Shown here piece after piece: positions 39,032 through 52,335 of a stretch of 64,000 nucleotides of DNA. The DNA comes from Tubulanus polymorphus (lineage: Eukaryota > Animalia > Nemertea). The notes under the pieces were generated by a model. It did no database searches. It was given only the letters and a program-made list of their open reading frames with translations, and was not told where the DNA came from. The DNA lies in contig NC_134028.1 of assembly GCF_964204645.1 (NCBI RefSeq), forward strand, positions 6,076,001 through 6,140,000, in the 5' to 3' direction. The position numbers and the translations under genes were made by a program. Each line of letters begins with the position of its first letter. Position 1 is the stretch's first letter.

Positions 39032-39832
39032 CTTATCTGTAATCTGAATTTATAACCTTACCTATCAATATAGTATCGTGATCAAAAAGAAAAAAAGAAA
39101 ATCAATCGCAATCATTAATTAGTTAAGAAAAAACTCACGTGTGTGTCTTTATGTTTGCTTTAAACCACTTAAATTGCTATCATTGCTCTCAAATAAAATT
39201 CATCAGTTACTCGGTACTTACGCAGTCACTCTGATTCGGGTGAATTCACGCTATTCTCCTCTAAGTATAAAAAGACTGTGTAACGCAATAAGTAGGAAGT
39301 TAATTCTGCAGAGAAACTAATTTATTCTCAATACATACAAAGTTTGATCACAAAGACTAGAAAAACATGTGAGACATCATGTGACAATTTTTTACGTATA
39401 TGTAGATTTTTACCGCTATAAAAATTTAATAAACATTTCTCACATGAGACGGGTGACATATGGTGTTACGTGATTTCTTTACGAAATCAAGCTGTATTGT
39501 GAAGATTCATAAAAGTGAACAACACAAAGTATGCGATTTCCTTTTTAGAAAACCGGTCGAATGGAGTATTCCATCATCACAACGAAATCTTTAAGCCCCT
39601 TAAAAAGAATAGCGAAGGTACCGACGAAACGCCATATGATTTGGAGATTCATAGTTTATTAGTTCTCTTTATAGATAGACTAGGCACACTGCAGGCGTCT
39701 CACATTGTCAATTTTGTTTTTCCTACATGTTCCCTCCCTTAACGTCGAAGGATTTATCCGGTTACTTATTCACTTTGCACAATCCTGTTATAATTGTTTC
39801 ATTATAGTTATCGGTATCGTTCCGATCGGCTG

Positions 39833-40848
39833 TTAAATAGTTTCCGATAAGTTTTCTGCCTGATTGGAAGACTGTTCTGGAAGATATCCTCGATTTTGGT
39901 AGGTTGTCTCACCCACTGAATAAACTGCTGGTGGAGGTGGTCCAGCGGCACCTATGACATCAGCATTTGCCATTCGTGACGTCGAACTTCGGTTACGAGA
40001 CATACCTTGTATTTGCGGAGGCACTGAAAGAAGCAAAGTGCAACACCTCTCAATTATCTGACCGTGAAACTTGGTTTCCTTCAATGTGGTGACTAGATTA
40101 TACTCGACTATGCCAAGGAACCTCTCCGCCGATCGAACCATGCCCTAAAACGAAGAGGATCTCTTCGAGTACCCGATAAACTTACCCAATTTCTGTCTTT
40201 TGTATTTGTATGCCAATGGAAACACAATGCTGAATACCAGTGCAATAATCGCAAAAGGCAAAACGAAAACCCACCATCTAATAAAAAAAGATAAACGAAA
40301 CAGTAGAATAGCCACACTTTGATGACGTGGAGAATAGATAATAAGTCTAAAACCCCACTACTGAAGTAAGATATTAAGACGTAAGACTATATGTAAGATA
40401 TTAAACGAATTTGATTCATCAATGACCTCTAGTGATCGAGAGTTCAAAACCTCGCGTATTTCGATAATAATTGTTGATAGATAAAATTCGTTTTTAATCT
40501 CGATTTATTTCTGTTTATAATGGGTTTTAAACTTATCAACGAAATAGTCAGTAGCTTACGGCCATGAATATTAGATGAAAGATGATGACTCGGTAACTGC
40601 GCTCGTGATTAAACAGATCAGATGTTTTTAATCATCAATTTGAACCAATTTACAAATACTTACAGATCACCGATGCACACATTTGATCGTCTGCCACTGG
40701 TCGGATAATTCCATCTTCTTGGGATTATTTCCAATACGTTTGAGCAACAATATTTATACGTGTTATTCCCGCAACAAAATATCGTGCCACAATTCTGTGA
40801 TGGTATGGTCGTTTTACCATCCGGCCCGCAGTATGAATCGCACCACAT
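39833..40848 (-). CDS. Shisa-like single-pass membrane protein, type B copy B3 (~155 aa)
   Basis: Exons 40664-40848 (MWCDSYCGPDG..NCGTIFCCGNNTYKYCC), 40186-40277 (TM), 39833-40023 (GPPPPAVY tail); phases fit. Confidence 0.8.
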
Positions 40849-41377
40849 TTTAACGGATTTATCGACTTATCTATTCAAGCTATCATGATCTGAAAAGAAT
40901 TATAAAGATAGATTCCAATTAGTAAAAACTCGTGCGTGTGTGTTCATATTTGCCTTTAACCACTAAAGAGATGTGATTACGATCGATTTGATCAGTCACA
41001 ATTTATCAATCAAATGGGTCGTAACTTGTCGGTTACGTATAGTCACTCTGAGTCGCCGACGCGAAAACGACGCTGTTAGTTTAAAATATACTGAAAGCAC
41101 TAGTATATATGTGATTTTCTAACAAAATCGAATATAGGTGGGCTATCATAATGGGTAATATATGCGATTTGAGCACCTTTTTAGAGAACCGGTTGATTAG
41201 GTTATTACAGCAGAGTAGCGAACCCAATAACCTGGATAAACTACTCTCCCGGCGTGGGAAAGAAATCCCACCACTAGAGTACTATATCCTAAAACTGTAG
41301 TCATCTTCAAGAATACTGTATTCCTGAAGATGACGATTGTGATATAGTTAAAGATTTGAATAAACAACTAAGCTTTG

Positions 41378-41592
41378 GCTAAACAAAAATGATACCTTGT
41401 TTCTCCGCACCGGCCGGGTCATTTTTGTAAAATATGATAAAATTAATAAACAGTTCATTTCTATAGCGGCCGGGTCTGTTATGGTAAAATTGATCACGAT
41501 TTTAAAAAAAGTAATGTATAGGGTAGATAGGCGGCCGGCCGGGTCAACATTTAAGCTCAGCAGAGCGGAGAAACAAGGTATCAATTTAGCCT
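41378..41592. mobile_element. MITE; partial inverted copy at ~3170-3355
   Basis: TIRs GGCTAAA..TGATACCTTGTTTCTCCGC / GCGGAGAAACAAGGTATCAATTTAGCC. Confidence 0.6.
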
Positions 41593-41894
41593 TAACTAGG
41601 AAGCATTCCGGTTAGTATTTTTCATTTTAAGTATTAGAGATTTTCTAAATCATAGTGAATCCAACATTAGGTATTTGTCTGCGGAACCCAACATTAGGTA
41701 TCGCCATTCAGGCGCCGATGGCTGTGAATGAGTGCCAAGCTGTATAAATCACACTTCATGGCTTTACACTTGAATATAATTAATAATTACTCAATTAATA
41801 TTTGTGTATTGATTATTATGATATAGTTTACCGATTGAAGCATGAGTGATGTATTCAGGCAGATTATGAGCGAATTAACATAACTGTAATAAAC

Positions 41895-44800
41895 ATGTCT
41901 ACGTGTCAAAAATGTGGAAAACCGGTATATTTTGGTGAGTTATTTTCCACTCCCTCCAAATCCAACAAAACTAAAAATCTGAAAGTCTTAGAGTAGGCAG
42001 CTGAATAAACCCTATTCAGACTAACACTTGTTAGAACGACCTATCAGTTATACTAATCCCATCACCCCCGGTACATATAGTGAAAACCTTCCCTGGCCTA
42101 ATTAGCTGGGCTACACAGGACCACTGACCAGGTAGTCAAGTAGGCTACCTAGCCGTCGTTCCCCACACAACCCGTTGTAGGGAACTCGTAACAACGACTG
42201 GTATTCAGACTAGGCTGCAGGCTTTTGCTTTGGCTAAAAAAAGAAACCCCTCCATCTTCAGAGAAAGCACAGATCTTTGCATGTTTAACTCCCCCTCCTA
42301 CATAGATACTGTGAGATTATTTTTTCTGCCATTTTCTTTTTTCAACAGCTGAAAGAAAAACGTCACTGGGTAAAGAATGGCACAGGCAGTGTCTACGCTG
42401 TGAAGAATGTGGAAAGGTTTTGAACCCAGGTCAACATGCCGAGGTAAGATCATGTGTAAGCAATGTTATAGAAGTCTGCTCTTCAATGGACGTTAGTCAA
42501 AAACAATCCTCCTCATCGGCAGTTTTTCAGAGGCATCTGTTATTTCTAAGTTGAACAGAATGTTTAATTCATTTGTTGATTAGTGTGATTATTTATCAGA
42601 ACATGGACGTATTTCAAAACGAGATCTAGTTTATACGTCTAAAATCAGACCAAGTTAGTCGTGCTGCAAGTCACTTGTTTGATAGTGAATACTAGGGAAT
42701 TTTCCTGATTGGTTCATTTTGATTCAGCGTCCCTTATAAACCCACCTTGAAGAACACAAATTGAAGAACAGATATAGTTGGATGGTTGATCAAAATTAGC
42801 GGGGTACACAGATAATTTCTTGTTCAAGGCGAAGTACATTATAATTGGAAACTTCTTAACCCTTTCAGTGCGTCTACACCGCAGTGCGGTGTATGAATTG
42901 ATGATGGATTTTGCTAGTACATTGCACTGCGGTGTATTGATATAATTAGTTTTTATCTGTATTTAATGATGGTCGCGCCTGTCAAACATAGTGAAATATT
43001 AGTAACTAACAATACACTGCACTGCGGTGTATACGCACTATTCAAGTGGTATTCCCGTTATTCGACACACTAGGGTGGAATTTTTCAAAATTTTCAATTT
43101 TCAATTTATCTCCAGCACTATAGGGTATTGATTAGTCAGCACTGAAAGGGTTAACAATCTACCGACCGGCCTAAACTGACTCATTGGGGGTAATGGTTGC
43201 CTCATTTGTTACATGAAGATTTCGAAATAACTATAGGCCTAAAAAGATTGTTATTTTCTATGTTTTTGGTTCTCTGGCTTCCATATGTACTGTCTGTCTG
43301 TCTATGTATGTACGTGTCTGACTTAGCTACTTAGCTTCGTTGAACTAGGGTAATATGGGGGTCTAGTTGTGCAGTGCAAAAGATGGGCCCAGTGCACCAC
43401 CTAGTGGCAAAACTAGGCACTAAAGACTGCTTTTCAGCTACATGACTTTGAAGATGACCTCATAACTGAGGAGTGGGGTCGAATTCATAAAGTTGTCTTG
43501 ACAACATTTGGCTATTGGCCCTAGATATCAGTACCCGTACAACATATCCATAATTTCGGAGTTTGTGTTTAAGCCCGAGCCCAATAACCATTATTGCCTT
43601 TGGCTTGTTTTTGTCATTTTCCACGCGTACCCGGTAAATGGTCCAGAAACATTTTTTGGGTGGTTTTTTCTCGAGTAGATGTTGATGTAGAGGTCCTCTA
43701 TGTTGTTTTTCCCATGCAAAGACTACAGATTTATAATTGTAGAAAGAAGCATATTTCGAATTGTAGATTTTCCAGATGAGAGTGTTGTCCTGGTATCTGA
43801 AGTGTTATGAAGTGTCCACTTGTGTATGAGACCTTACTAGCTCCACTGGTTATTAACACCTCTGCTGAAGCTTTTGAAACCTAAAAACTGACTCCTGAAT
43901 ATCATGTTTGAGTCGTAAATTTCTACGCAATAGAAATTTGCTCCAGTCGGTGCTGCCATCTTCTGTTGATGTTAATGACTAACAACCGTTACGCTATCAG
44001 AGATAGTTTCTTCTCATTATCAGCTGATTTCTAATGTCTTAACAATGAAAAAGAAATAGGATTTTAGAACAATGTATGTGGACAATTCTATATAAAGTTG
44101 GGACAAGTTAAATTCCACCATTTCATCAAGTAGTTGTTGGGGCTAGACATTTTGAAAAATGTCGAAGATTTTATTTTGGTGGGGCTTCAATAATATTGCC
44201 ATGGATTGATAATCAAATATTCAAATAGCAAGAAAGCTCCAATCTTTACAGGAAAAAATATTTTCATTCTGACACTGCCTTGATAATTATCTCTCACTTA
44301 ATCGATTTTGAAAGTTTTGCGAAGATAATGCGCATGACTTTTGGTGTCTTTATATATAGCTAGGCCTAATTTGGACATATTTCCTAGCCTTCCACCTACG
44401 GTAGATGTATTTATTCGGCGCTTTGAAAATGAAAAAAAAATTTCTAGGCCATAGATGTCTTTCAATATATCTTACAATAATTCTTTGGATATACAGCTGG
44501 TGTAACCTGCATTTGAAATTTGCGAAGACCTGTCGCAACGGAGTTGCTTGGCACTAAGGAACACCGCGTCGATTGTATGATATTCCCGGCCGCCCATTGT
44601 ACGCCGCCGTTACAAAACGTCATTCTTCGTTTTGAATGAAATAAGTCTTTTATTCCGTTCCTCTTGAGAACTGGTCGTTAAACATATTTTTCAATGAAAT
44701 ATATGCGAATTGTCGTTAAGGCATGTACTTCACTGCCGTAGTCTATGTAAAACATTAATAAGAGTATCCCGCGTATGTATAAACCCCTCACCCGGTAACC

Positions 44801-47800
44801 CAGTCTTATTTGAATGAAATAAGTCTTTTATTCCGTTCCTCTTGAGAACTGGTCGTTAAACATATTTTTCAATGAAATATATGCGAATTGTCGTTAAGGC
44901 ATGTACTTCACTGCCGTAGTCTATGTAAAACATTAATAAGAGTATCCCGCGTATGTATAAACCCCTCACCCGGTAACCCAGTCGTGGGGGATCCTCAATT
45001 CACCAAAAATGGCTTTATATCTGTTTCTTATCTTGTTTTATGTTCCTGTACATAAGTTAATTATTTATTTTTACTTGTTTAGCTAAAGATTCAGCCAATT
45101 TCTAAAAAGAATACCATCCATTTTCGCTAACCCATCAAAGCTATGTAATTAGTCAAGAGAGTGAAATTTTCTTACAATTCAAGAAGATACACGATATCCG
45201 TTTAAGATGAGTACGAGCGAGATCCCATGATAATAATTCAGCCTAAGATGGAAAGTTCTTGAGTAGAAGGCTGATATATTTGAGCAATGTTTCTGCTCAA
45301 GACCATTATAGGCTTTGCTTATAGTATTTGGCTGAAACTGCTCAAGTTTATGTATACACTTCTAAAAATCTTTGGTTGTAAAATTGTGGGATTTTTCTGA
45401 TATCCAATATTTTCTGATTTTAGTTTTTGCCGAATCCTAAATTATGGGAAATAAAGTTAAGAGATAAATGCTAGATGGTACCTTTCTAAAATCTATTTTA
45501 ACTACAAATTAAACAATTTAATCAGTCATTTCCACTCATTTAGCTAAAGATTCAATAAAATTCCTATAGATTACCATCCATATTCAATTACTCATCGAAG
45601 ATTAGTTTACTTTCAATAATTTTTGTATTCAAGAAAAGTTAAGAAAATTTTATTTTTTTCGATTCTTGTCCATTGCTAGTAAAATCCTAGTACAATGTAC
45701 TCTGCTTCATACGCTAGGATGGATACTCGTGGACTTGTAGAGATAAAGGATTAAATCTATTGATCGTCACACATTATTGAATGAAATCATCTCGGGTTCA
45801 TGGACACCGACTGTACCTATATGAATTCTTATTCATTTCCGATCATAAATACAAGAAACGTATCCGCTATTGGTTACTGGTATTCTAATGAAGTCGGTAT
45901 AATATACTGCGATGACACGATGACGTTGACCAGCTGATGAACAGAAACGTGTGTGTCCTACCTACGTTCATGATAATGCCTTTAATTATGATCTTCATTC
46001 ATACCGGCCAGTAGCCCTCGTTATGTTGTCGTGTGAATATTTTATGCAAGGCTGTGGCACACTTCACCGTTATATCTACGTGCGTTATATCTACGTGCAT
46101 ACATCTACGTGCATACGCATTAATCAACAGTCCTGGATACAGCTGGAGTGTTTCTATAAACCCATTATATTAACCCTTGAATTACCAATGGGCTGAACGT
46201 TTTCCCCCCCCCCCCCCCCGTATAACATGGGGCTTATCAAATCAGGGCTTGATTCTGGCAGTATCCTAGTATCCGGAATGTGTCTAGATTTTTAGTTGGG
46301 GTACTAAAAATTGACATGAAACTATCCCAACTGAATAAAAGCAATTTTTGATTAACTTGAGGGTGTCTAAAGATTCACTGGTCTTATCAACCCTAGTCCT
46401 CATATGTTCAAAAAATTGTGGCTGCAGGGCTTGTTTATCATAGGTTTTTTGGGACCTGCCTCCAGCCAGAAAAAACTTGCCAAGAGTCACAGTGGTCGAT
46501 AGAACATAGATTTCTATATTTTGAATGTTGTCTGTAAAAATCTACCCATGGTTTTCGGTGGGTTTTAGTTTTCGAGAAACAATCATGGGTGAATTTGAAT
46601 AAAATTTGTTGTTGTTTTTTTTTCAGCATAAAGGATTACCTTACTGTCATCGGCCGTGTTACCAGGTGTTATTCGGGCCGCATATAACCGGTTATGGGGT
46701 AGCAGTCGTAGCGAACAGCAGTTTCGGCAGTACTTACGGTCAAAAAGAGGCATGTTACACAGTTGCTGGCTTGGAAAAGTAAGTACATGAATTTGCAGCA
46801 TTTTGAAAACATTTGTAAAAAAAATGAATAAAAGTTGAAATCATAGATTTTGTCATTGAGTCTATTTTCAAGCTATTATTTACACTCCAGGACCCAGTTC
46901 CACCACAGTTTTGAGTTAAGAATTGACCCGTTAAGTTAAATTTGAGTTAAATCATTGAAAATGAACTGATTTTAACTCTAACTCACAACTGTGGAACTGG
47001 ATCCTGGGGCCACCAAAGGTTGGTAAAAGATAAAACTGGTGGATAAATACCATAACAGCAATGGACACTCAATTATCACCATGTCAACTATACGCTGGTT
47101 AGCTCTAACCAACTTTCGAGCAAATGGGCCCTGATAGATTCGTGTACTATGCAGATACGATCACTTTTTCGTCAATTCTCTTATTGAAATTCCTCCTCTG
47201 TTGTTGCAGGGAAGATTTACAAAACAAGTTAGACGCGTATAACTCGAAGTGTGGTCAGAGCGGTCAGCTCAGTTATAAAGAGGTCAACGGTCGATTGTTG
47301 TTCGAGGGCCTGTTGCGGTTGCACTGGGGCGTGAAAAAACAAATCTACTTGAAACAGAAAGACGACATTCCTGTTCGGCGAAAAAGTTTCGTTTCGCAAG
47401 ACGACGACGACGTGTCGTACTTACGGAAGGAGAGCCTGGTTAGTAACAATTCTCATGGTCTGGTCCTCATTCAGGGGGGATCCAGGAATTTTGAATGGGG
47501 AGCAGAGCATCCTAGTTCTAGGTTATTTATAGATGGGCAGCACGCATTTATACACATATTGGCGTGAAGCCCTTAAGATCCTCCCCCATGAAAATTGATT
47601 GAAAACAAACAAGAATAATATTCTGATATATAGAGTGATTCTATAACAAAATGAGCAGCAATTTGCCACTAGATGTGTAGCTTTCTTATAAGCCAGATTT
47701 TGAAGATTTTACTTTGTCCCCTTGGATCCATCCCCGTCATTGAAAACTTGAATTACCCAAAGAAGTGTCCATTTTCGTGTGAGATTTTAAAATTTTGACT

Positions 47801-50800
47801 TTCTGAAACACTTAAATGGAACAGATTTTTTTACTATATTTGAATATTTGATGCTCACAGTTGAAAATCAGGTGAATCTGAATTGCAGGAAAATGGTAAC
47901 AATGGTTCTCCGACCAGCGGCAGCAACACGATGAAAGTGAAAAGGAGTGTAACCTCTCCGGCGAGTTCTCAGAACGGAGAAGTTATACGACGTCGATACA
48001 GAACGACGAATCTGACGAGAAATCGTAAAAATAGGTGCTCAATTAACGGACATTTGTACGACTTTCAGGTACGCCGCACGCTCCCTGAATACTTTCAACA
48101 GGAAGCTGAAAAAAGATTTAAAAATACAGGATATTTTGCCTTTGACCTATTTTCACAAAGGATACGAATTGAATTAATCTAAACTACAAATTCGAATTAC
48201 TTGAATAGCCGCAGGAAAAAGAAGTTCTTGAATTTTTTATGTTTCCCTTGACTCAATCTAGTTTCACTAATCATGAGTTGTTTATCGCTGGGGTCAGCAA
48301 TGATTTTGATTAATGAATTAGTGAGTATCAGGTTTTTGATTAATAGTTTTACTGAGTGATCAGTACTCTCAGTTTCTCCCGGGGGACTTCGTGAATTAGG
48401 TTTCAATACAGAGGGGAGGATATACAGGTATACCACCTGCAGCTGTTAGCTACTATATACAGTTCATAAGCTTTCAGTAATTACCACATTATTTTTGATT
48501 TCTCATCAAAATTTAAGAAAGAACATGAGATAAAAAAAACTGTAGACATCTGACAAGATCTGTCCACGGCTATTCACCATATTTAGATAATCATAGACCT
48601 ATTACCATCATAATCTCGATCAATTTTACACTTTTGCTTATCTCCATTTTTAGACATACAATTATAACAGTCATTGCAATATCGTACAACTTGTTCCGTC
48701 CGTTTTTTGTTTTTCTAGACAAGTGTCTTTACGCCGACTTACGGAAGTATATCAAGTGTCCGAGTAACTAGCGCCAATACCGTACCCGAAGTGATCAAAA
48801 CGTTACTCGAGAAATTCAAGGTACGTCTGCCTGTAACGATTAACAACGCTTGAAGATGACTTAGTAAGTGACGCTAGAGCCGATAAGAGGGTCAGCGATA
48901 TCAATATGTCCGTACTTCAAATACTGTTGGCCTGATTTATCTGACAGTTAGTTCATTGCGTGATGATTTTTTCATGTTTAGGATATTCAACTTGATAAAA
49001 TCAGTCTCAGTTGTTGGTCTTAGTATTTGCCTTGCGAGTTTAGTGTTTCATGCCCAGTGATAAATGTAATATTCAAGAACTAGCAAAAAATGCTTGTTAA
49101 CTTAGTGAACTTATTATGAAGATGCACGTATGCTAGCTTATTTCTTTCATTCCATTTGCCTCCGGCGATTATACCTGCGCGATTCAGATTTTAAATCCCT
49201 CGTTCATTCTCTCTTTCTGTGAATAGAGTTTCGAATGCTTTCGGGCTATTTCCGTATGAATATAAGTTGCTAGTGGTGAATATTAATTTCGTATGGAAAA
49301 ACATACGCAAGATATCTCGTAATGTATAGAATAGTGTTTAGTTCTATGCACTGCTTCTGGTACTCATATCAGATGGCCCTGACTCAACCTGTGTAATAAC
49401 CACCTGACTACTTTAAATCTGTCTAATCCTAACTCTAGAGCAGCTTAATGCTGAATACGTCACGTGGCAATCAGCCCTAACCAAGGTCACTAGCACAGTA
49501 GTCGTCCCATTGAGACAAATTACTGTGTGGCCACAATTGATTTTTTTTTCTATAATTTGCTATCTTCAATCAGAATGAGATTTTGCATCTTAAACAGTTC
49601 TTTATTTCTGAATTTCAGGTGATTAACCGACCAAATGAATTCGGTTTGTTTGTTGTGAATAAAAATGGAGGTAAATACATCACTACAAGCTAAGATTTTA
49701 CGAATCGGTGTATAATTTTTGAACTTCTAGGCATAGGCAGGTTTCAGTTTAATGTGCCCCTACAACAACGTGATTCCTTAAAAACTTTACACCAAATAAC
49801 GATCAAATCAATCACTTCCATTTCTAAATCGGTATGAAAATCATTTGAATTAATTTTGTCTCATTTTGTTTGCATTGTCAACTATGGATGTTTGTTTGAT
49901 ATTTTTGTTGTTTTTTTTTTCATGTAGATATTCAACCGATCCATGAGAATCAGTATCCGTTACTGGAATCTGTGATTCTCGGCCCGAACGATGTCGAAGC
50001 AAAGGTTTTCATTATGGAGAAAAATGCACTGCAGGAAATTACGCAAGAGGTAAACGAAATTTATGAAATTTCTTTTTCCCCCTTAAAGTGGATGTGAATC
50101 GACCTTAGCAAGTGACCTGAGTTGTAGTTAGGAAGAGCGCATATTTCATACCGATCAGGCTACTAGTAATGTTGTGAGAAAGACATCTTTAATAAGATCA
50201 ACCAGTACCCTGATTCCTGATTTGACTCAGATTGAGAATGAACTACCGGTATATGTAATTTAGTTGAATGATTAAGATAGAAGAACTGTGCAACCATCCA
50301 TCCTAGTGGCTTTAATTCTTCGGTACCAAATGAAACATATTGTTACCATGGTTGATGGTAAAGGTGAATACTTTTTTGGCATGATGCCACCTTTGTTTTT
50401 GAACAGTAGGAATGTTCTTCTCAAGGCTCCGGTTACGGCACCGGTTATGAATTATTGATGAGTTCAGTTCTCTGTAATCCGACATGAGAGAACTTTCATT
50501 CAATGTAACTATTCATTAACTACTATTTTATGCAGCGTTCGTTCGCTTTCAATGATCAGTTTAATTAGTGTAATTGCAAGTAGTTGACCCCATGAGACAT
50601 AGACAGCGGAAAATGAGTCTAGATCCAGACTTCATCAGTTTTTGTATTTCTGGTCTGTCTGTCTGGTTGGTTGAGCATTGTGGCCCCTTGCTCCAACTGA
50701 AGTGATCGGTGGCACTAGATGAGCGGTACATCCTTATCTGCTAAGATTATGCTAATCCAGAGACTCGATGGTCGCTAACCTAATAGAATGGTCAAACACT

Positions 50801-52335
50801 ATCACACGTTTTCTTTTCTCCTATGTTTATCCATAATTTCCAATGAACCATTCTTCCAGTACTCCATTCACTTAGCCGTTCTATTTTTTCCACCACCATT
50901 ACGTATAATCGCGCAGAGTTGATATTCATCTTGCATGCCTGATGGTTTTTCGACAATTAGGTGTGGCGCTTAATCCCAATAGTGTGTGCCCGCCACATTA
51001 TCTGAGAAAAGTCCTACTAAGCCCTAAGCCAACCATAATCAAAAGAGAGAGGCACTTCATAGGCAGTTTATGTATTAATTGATATGTATAGCTAAATAGG
51101 TTTATTATGCCTAATTACATGTATATTCAAGTACAATTCATAGTACTCTAACAGTGTTTTATTGTGTATCATTGCACTTTGACATACACTGGTGATGATA
51201 TACATTATTAATGGAATAGGATCCCCTAATCACGATAATGGATTTTCTGCCACTTGATTTCTATCAATTCAGGCTTTCGAGTAGCGAGTCACCATCTCAA
51301 ATTCATTTATCAGGTTTCATACGCATAAGTTATGATCTTTTCAAACCCTGAAGAATAAGAATTTGATCCTTGATATCATATGATTTATATTACATTGTTT
51401 ATTGTCGATGATATTAAGCAATATACGTGCTATTTTTCAGGGCGTCAATAGACTTTCGAGTTAGTTTTCTGTTTCGTCTTACTTTCAGTTAGCTAATTAC
51501 GTATCATTACCCGAAGCGATGCTCGAAGGATTCTTGAATAAATTCAAGCTCGAAGAAGAAGCCGAGATTGACAAGATCAAGCGCAGGTTAGTTCCCACAT
51601 GACGCTGACCTTGACCGCGTTATTACAGCTCTGAATCCGCACACGTCAAAGAAGAAAATGTGCTTGGTTCGACACGGATATTTGACGTTGAAACGAGCTA
51701 GTATCGTAATCTGTCATCAAAAAGCTGATCAAAGCATTTTTGACGCTGTGCTGTTTGTTAAGAAATCTCGCATTTCAATTTACTCTATGCAGTGGTCTGA
51801 TATATTCAAAACACTTTATGGTTTCATTTTCTACGCCGCACTGCCTCTAGGCGTGAATGCATTTCAATCAAAACATGTCATTTATTACTTCTACCTTGCA
51901 AATATTATATCCAGCAGGAGCGTCACTAGGGTGTTCAGAAATATATGCCATACTTGGCACTTTATCCGCACCAAACGCTGAAAGCAAACAAGCATTTCTG
52001 AATATTTGAAATTTCTTTTATGTTCTTGAAGGGTCTAAATTTATGTAATTTGAAGCTTAATAGGGGCATTTTCTGGACCTTTTAAGGCCAATTATTTATG
52101 AAATTTCCGGAATGTGAAAAAAACTAAAATTGGAACTTTAAAAAAATGCGGAAGTTGGATTTAAAAAGGGAGGTCATCCTGAGCCCCTCTGGTTTATGCT
52201 TATGTCCAGCTGTTTAATGAGAGTTTAATTTGATGAGTGTGTTCGTTTTTCAGATACGCTGAAATCAAAGAAATTCTGAAAGACAGACTTCGCGAATTCA
52301 ACCGAAACAGTCGAGTGACGGAGAGCAGTATATGA
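41895..52335 (+). CDS. C-terminal RASSF family protein (RASSF2/4/6-like) with N-terminal LIM, RA and SARAH domains
   Basis: Exons 41895-41934, 42349-42443, 46627-46778, 47210-47438, 47889-48068 (acceptor tentative), 48719-48820, 49619-49670, 49928-50049, 51489-51586, 52254-52335. [49 protein letters not shown]; [10 protein letters not shown]; RCSINGH..TSVFTP.YGS..VRV (RA); [18 protein letters not shown] (SARAH). Confidence 0.92.
42860..43150. mobile_element. piggyBac-type MITE
   Basis: TTAA-CCCTTTCAGTGC...GCACTGAAAGGG-TTAA; internal TACACYGCA.TGCGGTGTA palindromes. Confidence 0.85.
44633..44983. repeat. Perfect 178-bp-period direct tandem duplication
   Basis: TTGAATGAAATAAGTC...CCGGTAACCCAGTC repeated twice with no visible mismatch. 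Confidence 0.9.
46891..47003. mobile_element. Short MITE (CWG-flanked)
   Basis: TIRs GACCCAGTTCCAC / GTGGAACTGGATC with internal TGAGTTAA repeats. Confidence 0.55.

Larger units (their letters stand above)
23420..39163. repeat. Tandem segmental duplication: unit 1 ~23420-29289, unit 2 ~29280-39163 (expanded by insertions)
   Basis: Near-identical colinear sequence starting ATTGCTTTAATTGGATCACATTTTGG at 23420 and 29280; duplicated ORFs appear in the ORF track. Confidence 0.93.
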
